Of a DNA stretch of 64,000 nt, positions 9,136-17,343 are shown in pieces. The stretch comes from a virus. Its lineage: Duplodnaviria; Caudoviricetes. The position numbers were made by a program, and so were the translations under genes. A model generated the notes under the pieces. It saw only the letters and a program-made list of their open reading frames with translations. It was not told the DNA's origin and ran no database searches. Position 1 is the first letter of the stretch; every line of letters begins with the position of its first letter. Location of the stretch: the IMG/VR virus record IMGVR_UViG_3300020576_006124, positions 96,001 to 160,000 of that record. One strand, 5' to 3'.

Positions 9136-10692
9136 CTACTCTGCCTTTTTATCTATGATTATTGAGTTTGTTTGAGTATAATGTTTAGCTATATTGATTG
9201 CATTCACAACGGCAGCTTGAACTGTTCTTGCGGAATCAATTATACCCAACTCGAACATATCTTTTCCTTCTTCTTTAGTGGCCATGTTAAAGCCGCCTAC
9301 AAGAAGTTTATTCTGATAATCCTTCTCAGGCATTTCAGCATTTAAACTAATTTGGGATGAAGGGGCTAGTAAACATTTAAAAGCCTCTCTATACTTAGTG
9401 TCTAGACTATTCTTTTCGAAAATCTGTAGAAGGAATTTACCTCCACCCTCAACAACTCCGTATTTAATTCCATTCCTAGTCGCGTTGATAGCATCCTCAA
9501 ACCTATCTCTTTTCTCAGCAGCGTCGGAAGCATTCTCTCCTCTTAAAAAGATAGTAGCAGTTTTACCGGTAAGTTGTGCTATTCTTTTTTCAAACTTTTC
9601 TTTGTCTTCCTTAGAAAAGTTCTTAACCTCTTCTAGTAATTTAGCTGTGTGTTTAGCTATATTCTCCTCATTCTCCTCATTGGTCTGAATGAGGGTTTGG
9701 CCTCTAGCAATGCTCACTTTTCTAAAATCTCCTAGATCAGTGGGCTCAACCTTACTGAGAAGAACCCCCTTATTTTTATAGAACATTGTAGCCCCGCTTG
9801 CTGCGGCTAAGTCCTCAAGGAGTTGGAGTCTTCCCTCCCCAAAAGAGGGGGCTCTAATAACACAAATATTCAAGCTATTCTTGTTAATATTAGAAATTAG
9901 TGTTCCTAGGCACCTATCTGACATTTCATCGACAACAAGAAGCAGGGGAATCTCAGCCCCTATGTTGCTCTTAATCATTTTTTGAAGGAAGGGTACAAGT
10001 TCGTTTTCATTAGTTATCCCACTCTCCCAAATAAGAACTTTGGGATCCTCCCTTATCCAGAAACCTCCAGGGGCCATGTCAGGATGATACCACCCCTTGT
10101 CTAGGGTAATTCCTGAGCTGATCTTAACATGGGTGTTTTCGTCACTGACATAATCCAGGGTAATGATTCCTTCTGGCCCAATATTGTAAAATGCCTCTGC
10201 GACAGCATTACCAACCTCTTCTGAGTTACCCGAGATAGTAGCAAGGTTTCTTAAGGTCTTTAAATCAGAAGCAGAGATCTCTTTCCTAGAATTTTCTAGT
10301 GTGGATAAAACTACCCCCTGGACATATTCTAGTTTCTCTACAATTTCTCTGGAGTTATCCCCTGTCAACTCTCGGTCAACAAAATCACAAAAAGCTCTGG
10401 CTAGAACGCAGGCTCCGCTCGTTCCGTCTCCTGAAATGTTATTAGTACTTAGGGCCACCTGTAAGAAGAATTCTATAGCTGCTTGAATAAAAGGATCTTG
10501 TGATTTGACCTGTGAGGCAACTGTAACTCCATCTTTAGTAACATAAGGAACTCTTCCTTTCATAAAAAGGCAAGTCTTCCCATGAGGCCCCATAGTAGCA
10601 CCAACGGCACTAGCTACCAAATTGATGCCCTCCTTAAGCTTTACTTTTGCGTCAGAACCTAATAGAACTAGCGTCTTATTCTCTTCAATCAT
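9136..10692 (-). CDS. groEL: Phage-encoded GroEL-like chaperonin
   Basis: Motifs TMGPHGK, TKDGVTVA, GDGT, RAPSFGEGR..LEDLA, EKRDRFEDAINATR, GVVEGGG and GIID. Start placed at the ATG at 10692, which overlaps the RuvC stop, instead of 10719. Confidence 0.93.
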   Translation of the reverse strand: MIEENKTLVLLGSDAKVKLKEGINLVASAVGATMGPHGKTCLFMKGRVPYVTKDGVTVASQVKSQDPFIQAAIEFFLQVALSTNNISGDGTSGACVLARAFCDFVDRELTGDNSREIVEKLEYVQGVVLSTLENSRKEISASDLKTLRNLATISGNSEEVGNAVAEAFYNIGPEGIITLDYVSDENTHVKISSGITLDKGWYHPDMAPGGFWIREDPKVLIWESGITNENELVPFLQKMIKSNIGAEIPLLLVVDEMSDRCLGTLISNINKNSLNICVIRAPSFGEGRLQLLEDLAAASGATMFYKNKGVLLSKVEPTDLGDFRKVSIARGQTLIQTNEENEENIAKHTAKLLEEVKNFSKEDKEKFEKRIAQLTGKTATIFLRGENASDAAEKRDRFEDAINATRNGIKYGVVEGGGKFLLQIFEKNSLDTKYREAFKCLLAPSSQISLNAEMPEKDYQNKLLVGGFNMATKEEGKDMFELGIIDSARTVQAAVVNAINIAKHYTQTNSIIIDKKAE

Positions 10693-11212
10693 AGTTTTTG
10701 TTATATGCAAGATATACACCCAAACAGTCGCTAAAGGTGTACTTTACTTGTTTTGATTTTACCTTATACTTCTCCAGTATTTGCTCAAAATCAGGGAAAG
10801 ATTCTAAAACTTTTTGAAAAACTTTTTCTTTTACTTCCTCCGTATTCTTTATTGTACGGGGTATCCCTAGAAGTTTCTTAATAGCTCTAGCTTCGACATA
10901 TTCCGGTTTTATTCCAGATGTGTACTCTAAAGAAACGCAGAGAGTCCTAACTGTAGCTAGGGCAAGTAAGGCTTTACTAGACTGAGATCCTTGTGGATTT
11001 TCAAATACTATCTTGTCTGGTTTTAAAGCTTTGATCAAGTTGGTCAATTTTCCCAAGATCTCCCTAGTTCTTAGTATTATAGACTCTGCTTCTGTTAGCT
11101 TAGAATTAGGAAGAGTCTGAATAACAGACATCTCTAAAATTTCCTTAGTTGTGGTTTCCACAACTACAACCCCAAAGAATCTTAAGGAGGGGTCTAAAAG
11201 CATTATTTTCAT
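10685..11212 (-). CDS. ruvC: RuvC-like Holliday junction resolvase
   Basis: RNase H-fold catalytic pattern: LLDPSLRFFGVVVV, VFENP, SDCLG. Confidence 0.8.
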   Translation of the reverse strand: MKIMLLDPSLRFFGVVVVETTTKEILEMSVIQTLPNSKLTEAESIILRTREILGKLTNLIKALKPDKIVFENPQGSQSSKALLALATVRTLCVSLEYTSGIKPEYVEARAIKKLLGIPRTIKNTEEVKEKVFQKVLESFPDFEQILEKYKVKSKQVKYTFSDCLGVYLAYNKNYD

Positions 11213-12546
11213 GTATTGATATAAAGGTTATTAAAAGAGTATTCTCCTCTATTACCCCATTTAGCCCTTTCTCTGTTAAACACAATTTTTTCTACTTTGT
11301 GTACTGAGTCTGCTATTTGGAATATAGTTCTTTCTCCTACGTAGTTATCATTGACGGGTCTAATATGCCCTATTTCCGGAATCAGAGTAGGGTTATAAGA
11401 TTGGCAATATACTATTGATCCGTCTACTAGTGTAGTCGTATACTCATTCCCACTTTTAGTAAAGGATACAGGGCCTTCTGGTGTAAATAGTGTACCCCAT
11501 TCCCCGGTAAACCTGGAATAAGTTTTACCCCCTTTAATCTCAAGTTTTTCTACAAACATATTCCAGTCTGAGTATGTTTTTTCTTGAAAATAGTTATAGG
11601 AGTCTTGGTTAAAGTAGCCCCCTAAGCTTGTTTCCTGGTAGATGTTAGAATTTGTAATTTCTCCCAGAACATACAAAAGATAGTTGCCCTGGTTTAGAAT
11701 TTGAGCTTTGGGTAACAGTAAAGCCCTTTCTTTGTTATAGCTTAAAGCCCTTATATCTAAAACTCCTTGCTTAAAAAGGAACTTGTCTGGTTGAGAGTAG
11801 ATCTTTTTTATACTTGCGCTTGTACTGCTACCCCCATTTATTTTAATGTTCAGTGAAGTCAGGCTGTTGTACGTTTCTTTATATAAAGTTAAAACAACCA
11901 ATTCTTCGTCTGTTTTAACCCCTAAATACCTATCAGACCTGTTTTCTGATTTAACAAAAAATCTATTGGAAGAGGGGAGGCTGAAATAAACTATAGAATC
12001 CAAGTGATCAAAGCATGGATCTGTGCTAAAGGCAAATCCGTCTGTAGTTGTAGACAAAGACCTTGAGAATTCTACCCCTGAGATCAAAACACAGACCTCA
12101 GATTGATAATACATTGGAGTAGTACAAGATAATAACTCCTCTTCACTATTGGCTTTATCTATGGGAATCCACGTATTATCTGAGTACTGAATTTCCAGCT
12201 GGGTGACGTTTAAGTCTGTTTCTTTAATCCACAGGTACTCTTTAAATCCTCCTCTAAGTGTAAATTCAGACAGTGCTTTATCTTTAATTAAAGATAAGCA
12301 CCCAGCTAACTCACAAAGAATGCTCTCTTTCACACTTTGAGACGATATGGAGGGGAAAGATACTTTCCAGGCACTAGGGACTTTCCCTGCAGAAAAAGTA
12401 GGAACCGACCCTACTAGTGCTGGTGCAGTAGGTATCTCTTCAACTACATCATCCTCAACCAGAAAGTTGATAGATTCCCATCTGGGGAGCTTAAGCCCCA
12501 TTAAAGTTGCTTTCCTGATTAAATTGATGGGATACAGACTAGACAC
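11209..12546 (-). CDS. Putative baseplate protein
   Basis: 445 aa; directly follows baseplate J with a TAATG overlap. Confidence 0.45.
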   Translation of the reverse strand: MSSLYPINLIRKATLMGLKLPRWESINFLVEDDVVEEIPTAPALVGSVPTFSAGKVPSAWKVSFPSISSQSVKESILCELAGCLSLIKDKALSEFTLRGGFKEYLWIKETDLNVTQLEIQYSDNTWIPIDKANSEEELLSCTTPMYYQSEVCVLISGVEFSRSLSTTTDGFAFSTDPCFDHLDSIVYFSLPSSNRFFVKSENRSDRYLGVKTDEELVVLTLYKETYNSLTSLNIKINGGSSTSASIKKIYSQPDKFLFKQGVLDIRALSYNKERALLLPKAQILNQGNYLLYVLGEITNSNIYQETSLGGYFNQDSYNYFQEKTYSDWNMFVEKLEIKGGKTYSRFTGEWGTLFTPEGPVSFTKSGNEYTTTLVDGSIVYCQSYNPTLIPEIGHIRPVNDNYVGERTIFQIADSVHKVEKIVFNRERAKWGNRGEYSFNNLYINT

Positions 12547-13640
12547 TAAGATATGGTTATTGAACTAAGCTCGAATTTTTCATCTACTTTACCAGCATAA
12601 AACCCGTTATTAGAAAGAATAGATCCCCCAATCTTCACAATAACAGCAGCATTTTTAATTTCCTGTGCTGAGTCGATTACAAACCGGGTAATCTGATTTG
12701 GGTAGAGGACAGCTGGGTTGGAAGAATCTAAAGATGAAATATAATTGTTAACGGCATTTGTGACTCTTTGAGATAGGTCCGAAGAAGTTCCAGAGCTAAG
12801 AGTAAGAAATATTTCTACATTAACCGGTATCCTTTCGGGGATTAGAAGTTTATAGTCAGTCCAAACTGGAACTGCCTCAGCAGCCATAGTAGATGCAAGA
12901 CTTAAAATAGTATTTTTATCTTGAAAAGCGGAAGGGAATAGTACGACATCTACTGTACCTGGGCCTCTCCTAGCCCTGTAGACACTTACATTCTTTACTC
13001 CAGGTATGGCCATAAACATACTTCTAAAGTTCTCTTCATTAAGGACGAATCTTCTTTGGAACTCTTGAAGAAGCCTAAATCTATATGAATCGTCCCCCTC
13101 CTCATCGCTACCGTTATCAATAGGGAGAGTGTTTGTAACAGAAACGGAAATGTTTACTGAGTTGTGGGAGTCTATGTCCCCTACTTTGGCTGAATAGTAA
13201 GAACCAGTGTCCGCAGCAATAACGTGTACAAAATCTGATTGAGCTACATCTAAGGATAGATTTTCTGTAGTAAAAAATGAAACACTAGGATTACCCGAGC
13301 TGTATACCCGAGTTCCTGCAATAATTGTCACGGTCCCCGAATCTAAATTGGTAAATTTGACAGCCCTACTCAAACCAACTGTAGTTGACTTGGTTGTCCT
13401 CTTCCTAGAAACACCTAAATAGTCACCCCAGCGATCTAGATAGGTACCAGTTGCCTGAAACAAATCAGAATTAGCCTCTATTTCTTGTAGAAAGGACCAT
13501 AGACCTTCAACCTCTTCCACAAAAATTGAGACTATTCTGCCCAAGGTACTATTAGTGGCAGACACATTCAAATCTGTATCAGAGTTAATTCTGCTGATTA
13601 TTCTTTCTATAGTGGTAGTTTTATCCGGCTTAGCAATCAT
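12546..13640 (-). CDS. Baseplate wedge protein, gpJ/gp47/gp6-like
   Basis: ATGTYLDRWG...GVSRK, GSDEEGDDSYRFR, IPGV, GPGTVDV. Confidence 0.9.
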   Translation of the reverse strand: MIAKPDKTTTIERIISRINSDTDLNVSATNSTLGRIVSIFVEEVEGLWSFLQEIEANSDLFQATGTYLDRWGDYLGVSRKRTTKSTTVGLSRAVKFTNLDSGTVTIIAGTRVYSSGNPSVSFFTTENLSLDVAQSDFVHVIAADTGSYYSAKVGDIDSHNSVNISVSVTNTLPIDNGSDEEGDDSYRFRLLQEFQRRFVLNEENFRSMFMAIPGVKNVSVYRARRGPGTVDVVLFPSAFQDKNTILSLASTMAAEAVPVWTDYKLLIPERIPVNVEIFLTLSSGTSSDLSQRVTNAVNNYISSLDSSNPAVLYPNQITRFVIDSAQEIKNAAVIVKIGGSILSNNGFYAGKVDEKFELSSITIS

Positions 13641-14028
13641 TAATTTTTACCCTAATCCTAAAGTCTTTTTTCTCATTTGAAAGAATCTCAATTATAGTGA
13701 AAGGTATTTCGTACCTTTCTTCATTGTTCCTAAAAAGGATGGAATCGCCTATTTTAAGTAGAGTAGGAATACTTATCAAACTATGTCCACAAGCTTGACA
13801 TTTTATTTTTGAATAAAATGATACTGATGTGCAGGAAGGGTTAGAACAAATCTTTATAAATCTATTGTTTTTACATTCAAGAAGAATATTAGATTTGTCT
13901 GTTATCTTTTCTTTCACCTCCGAAGATTTACAAAAAATGAAGTTATAGGTGTTATTTTCCCCCTGCTTATTTACGATCTTCTTAGCAGTATAAAAGAAAA
14001 ACTTATCTCGGTTTAATTTTCCCATCAT
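13630..14028 (-). CDS. Small AT-rich protein with a Cys4 zinc ribbon
   Basis: CSNPSC...CQACG; overlaps both neighbouring genes. Confidence 0.55.
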   Translation of the reverse strand: MMGKLNRDKFFFYTAKKIVNKQGENNTYNFIFCKSSEVKEKITDKSNILLECKNNRFIKICSNPSCTSVSFYSKIKCQACGHSLISIPTLLKIGDSILFRNNEERYEIPFTIIEILSNEKKDFRIRVKINDC

Positions 14029-14401
14029 TAAGGTTTAGTGACGCAGACCATTGAATTCTGTTTAACGTTGCGTCTAAGTATTCTACCACAATTAAAACGC
14101 TATTGTCTCCGGTTTTTAATACCCTTACGTTTCTTAGCGTAACAAAGTCGTCCCTAGAAAGTTCACGGATTACAGCATCAAGAATGTCGTTTCTTACTTT
14201 TTCTGTGTTAGGGAGACCAATAAATTTTTCAAGATCTGCCCCAACGTTAGGGTCTATTGTATAGTCACCTTTAGATGTCTTTAACCTAAAGAGGATCTCT
14301 TGTGCTACTTGTCTCTGACCTGTTACCTTTAGGACATCCCCATTAGGTCCCACTAATAGTTCTCCATCCTCATCAACAGCCCAATCAACTAAATAGCTCA
14401 T
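14003..14401 (-). CDS. Baseplate wedge gp25/gpW-like protein
   Basis: GDVLKVTG..QVAQEILFRLKT.KG....P..GADL. Confidence 0.85.
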   Translation of the reverse strand: MSYLVDWAVDEDGELLVGPNGDVLKVTGQRQVAQEILFRLKTSKGDYTIDPNVGADLEKFIGLPNTEKVRNDILDAVIRELSRDDFVTLRNVRVLKTGDNSVLIVVEYLDATLNRIQWSASLNLNDGKIKPR

Positions 14402-14904
14402 AAGAACTTAGACACCTCGTTAAATATATAATTTTTTTTCTCATCCTTCTCTTTGTGATCAAGGAGAAGGGGTATAACTTCAAATAAATCTATAATAGGG
14501 ACTGGATTGACTATCTCCCCTATGCCTGTTCCGGGATCTACTTGAACGTAGGATTGTGGGCCAATTACTTTAAAGCCATTTAGGTCTACTTTTGGTCTTA
14601 AGACGAAGGAGTTCTTCTCTAAAGAAGAGTTTAGGCCTTTGTTGTTAATTTTGAAGCTCTCTAAGTCTGGAACCTTTATTCTAATAGAAGATGATCTAAT
14701 CCCAAGAAAATCAGATAGAACCCCTACAGCCCCGGAAGCATCCAGAACCACTTTAGAGATTCCTGAGTACAACTCAGACTGACCAGTTTCTCGGAAAACA
14801 ACTCCACTTGGGCAATAAGGAGATCTAAGTCCTATGGATCCCCTACTATAACACATTAAGGTTTTATATGTCTTTTGTCCGCTTATGGAGATTTTATCAA
14901 ACAT
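14398..14904 (-). CDS. Hypothetical baseplate-centre protein
   Basis: 168 aa; translationally coupled within the baseplate cluster. Confidence 0.4.
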   Translation of the reverse strand: MFDKISISGQKTYKTLMCYSRGSIGLRSPYCPSGVVFRETGQSELYSGISKVVLDASGAVGVLSDFLGIRSSSIRIKVPDLESFKINNKGLNSSLEKNSFVLRPKVDLNGFKVIGPQSYVQVDPGTGIGEIVNPVPIIDLFEVIPLLLDHKEKDEKKNYIFNEVSKFL

Positions 14905-15578
14905 TATTTAAAATATCCCATAAACATTCCCGTGGGCACGTATGTGGTACCTGTCAGAGCGTTTGTTCCTTGTGATGTTTTTAGTGATTGTGGATTAACA
15001 GGTTTATTCTTTCCTGTTTTTGGATCAAATAGTTTGGGAGCTACAGGGTCTTTGGCGGCAGTGTTGGTTATATCTTTGGATGATGGGTGATCCATCTTTA
15101 ATGGGCTCTTGGAATTCATTTGATCCCAAGGTAGATTCCCTGCCAGTGGAGTATTTAGGCCACTTTGATCGTTTAGGGGGTTGGTTACAGTAGAGTTTAC
15201 CGGTTGTCTTTTATCAAAATATCCAGTAACAGTTGGTGTGGCATTACCACCTCCAAAAAAAGTAATATGTGCAAACATACCCTCAGCATTAGCCCCACCT
15301 AATTGACCGGAAGAGGATGAGGACACAAGAGAATCCTGTTTGGGGTCTACAAACTTATCAGGCACCGAACCAGAAGTACTTCTTGTTACAAGGGTGACAC
15401 TATCCCCAAAAGGGGCTCCTTTTATTTGAGCCATATTAAACTCAATTAAAGAAAACCCCTCGTATTGTTGGGCTGTTTGTTCCGCCAGGCTTTGAGTTTT
15501 TACGAAGAATCCTACTGTACTAAACGGTCTTTGTACAGAATCTAGTCTTGATAATCCTTTAACCTTGTCAGAGAACAT
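14904..15578 (-). CDS. Hypothetical baseplate-region protein (possibly spike-related)
   Basis: 224 aa; call rests on position only. Confidence 0.35.
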   Translation of the reverse strand: MFSDKVKGLSRLDSVQRPFSTVGFFVKTQSLAEQTAQQYEGFSLIEFNMAQIKGAPFGDSVTLVTRSTSGSVPDKFVDPKQDSLVSSSSSGQLGGANAEGMFAHITFFGGGNATPTVTGYFDKRQPVNSTVTNPLNDQSGLNTPLAGNLPWDQMNSKSPLKMDHPSSKDITNTAAKDPVAPKLFDPKTGKNKPVNPQSLKTSQGTNALTGTTYVPTGMFMGYFK

Positions 15579-17002
15579 TAAATAAAGTAGCCGTCAAAAG
15601 TTACAACATGACCTAAAACGCCTGCTGTGGCCACTGTACCAATATATTTGCACACAGTCTGAACAAACTCTCCAGGGTAGACAGGAATTGGGTTTTGGAA
15701 AGTCTTAGCAACTGTAGAACATGTGGTAAGTGCAGGGGCGGTTGCAGCTAGTGTTTGAACCCCCAGTGGAACTCTGACAGGAGCTTTAGCGGTCGCTGAG
15801 GTTGTAGTTGCGAGCGATACTGCGTTATGCCCGAAGGCTAGAGACCATTGAATATTAAACCCACCACCCGTTAAAGTTGTTTGAACGTAGGTGTCTATAG
15901 ATACCCCTGTGATCATTAGCACCTTACCAGAGATAGCCGCTGTACCCGCAGGGTTCTGGTAGCTTGAGATAATACCATCAGTATTAAGGGCTAGGGTGGC
16001 TGTTGCCCAGAACTGTCCACCAAGACCAGAACCCAAAGCAGCAGTAGTATTAGTGGGGACTGCGGCTGTAGGGTTTGCAGAGTTGGCATAGTTTGCAGTA
16101 GATCCAAGAGTGTGCCCTGTTTGGCCCTGATAACTATGACGACCCATCAAACTTTGGGCGTGATGTATAGGGAAACTAGCCCCTGAGTTATCTCTCAAAC
16201 CTACATAGACGTTCCCAACTTTAGTCTGCTGAGAAACAGTAGGGGCTACAGCTGCGTTATATTCCCTAACAGTGAAGGGTTGACTTTCACTAAGGCAAAC
16301 AGCTGCCGTAGCTGACGGCACAGGGATCTTAGCTACAATTACACCATCTATAGAGAACCTAACAGCATCATCATCAATGACAGCTCGATAGGAGTGTCTT
16401 ACCCCCGCAGATGGTGCGGTTAAAGCCCCAGAAGTTATCTCAGTACTGTTGTTAACTATAACAGCTTTGAGAACCCCAGTAGCGTCATAGCGAAATAGAA
16501 TTCCGTCTGTAGGGGCAGTTGTTCCTGTTGCTTGGAACATTCCTATTTCAACAACGTTATTTGTTTGTGGTGCTTGAGTTAGGATTATGTCTGACTCAAA
16601 AAACAGAGCGGCATCTACTGGCTTAGAGAAGAAAGGATAGGTGGCTATTCTGGCTACGGCATTGGCGGTAGTTACGTTACCAGAGTTAAGAACACAGAAA
16701 CCGCCAGTTACAGCGGTAGCAAAGGTTGTTACAGGAGATGTAAAAATAGAAGTATTTAGGGCAGTACCATTAAAGGTCTCATATAGAAGAGGCGCATCCT
16801 GACTCGCGATAAGTCTTCCTTGAGGACTGACCCTAATAGCTTGAATTTCTCTCGTACCTGTAGAGGCTCCATCATCTAGTTGCCCACTGAGCACACTAAA
16901 GCCTGCTAAATCTTCATCTGTGGGTGTAACAACGCATAGGTTGTAATTACTATCAACATTGGCTTTACCAGCGTTGTTTGATCCAGAATCTATTACTGCC
17001 AT
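15578..17002 (-). CDS. Putative fibre/receptor-binding virion protein
   Basis: 474 aa, A/T/V/G-rich; concanavalin-like strand pattern (RHSYRAVIDDDAVRFSIDG). Confidence 0.5.
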   Translation of the reverse strand: MAVIDSGSNNAGKANVDSNYNLCVVTPTDEDLAGFSVLSGQLDDGASTGTREIQAIRVSPQGRLIASQDAPLLYETFNGTALNTSIFTSPVTTFATAVTGGFCVLNSGNVTTANAVARIATYPFFSKPVDAALFFESDIILTQAPQTNNVVEIGMFQATGTTAPTDGILFRYDATGVLKAVIVNNSTEITSGALTAPSAGVRHSYRAVIDDDAVRFSIDGVIVAKIPVPSATAAVCLSESQPFTVREYNAAVAPTVSQQTKVGNVYVGLRDNSGASFPIHHAQSLMGRHSYQGQTGHTLGSTANYANSANPTAAVPTNTTAALGSGLGGQFWATATLALNTDGIISSYQNPAGTAAISGKVLMITGVSIDTYVQTTLTGGGFNIQWSLAFGHNAVSLATTTSATAKAPVRVPLGVQTLAATAPALTTCSTVAKTFQNPIPVYPGEFVQTVCKYIGTVATAGVLGHVVTFDGYFI

Positions 17003-17007
17003 AATTT

Positions 17008-17343
17008 TTAACTTAGTGTTCCTATACTATAATATATACCCCTTTTCCCAACAATAGGTCCAGGAAAAGCTGTTGCGTTTAACCAAAAAGATCCGTCCTC
17101 TTCCACCCAGGCTGAGTATATGGGCATATCCCAAAGATCATCATCTTCTGCGTGTCTACCTGTAGCTGTTCTGCCTGTGGAAAAGACATTAATTATACTT
17201 GCAGAGGTTACTGCTGGGTCTGTGATAAGAAATAACTTGGAATAAACAGGAGTGGTGCCAAAGTCTATTTCAGTAGTGCTTATACTATTTCCTGCAGGAA
17301 CTGAAGCGTTGCTTCCCCCCGCTTTAATTATAGTTGTTCCCAT
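17008..17343 (-). CDS. Small fibre-associated protein
   Basis: 111 aa; coupled to the fibre gene by TAATG. Confidence 0.5.
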   Translation of the reverse strand: MGTTIIKAGGSNASVPAGNSISTTEIDFGTTPVYSKLFLITDPAVTSASIINVFSTGRTATGRHAEDDDLWDMPIYSAWVEEDGSFWLNATAFPGPIVGKRGIYYSIGTLS

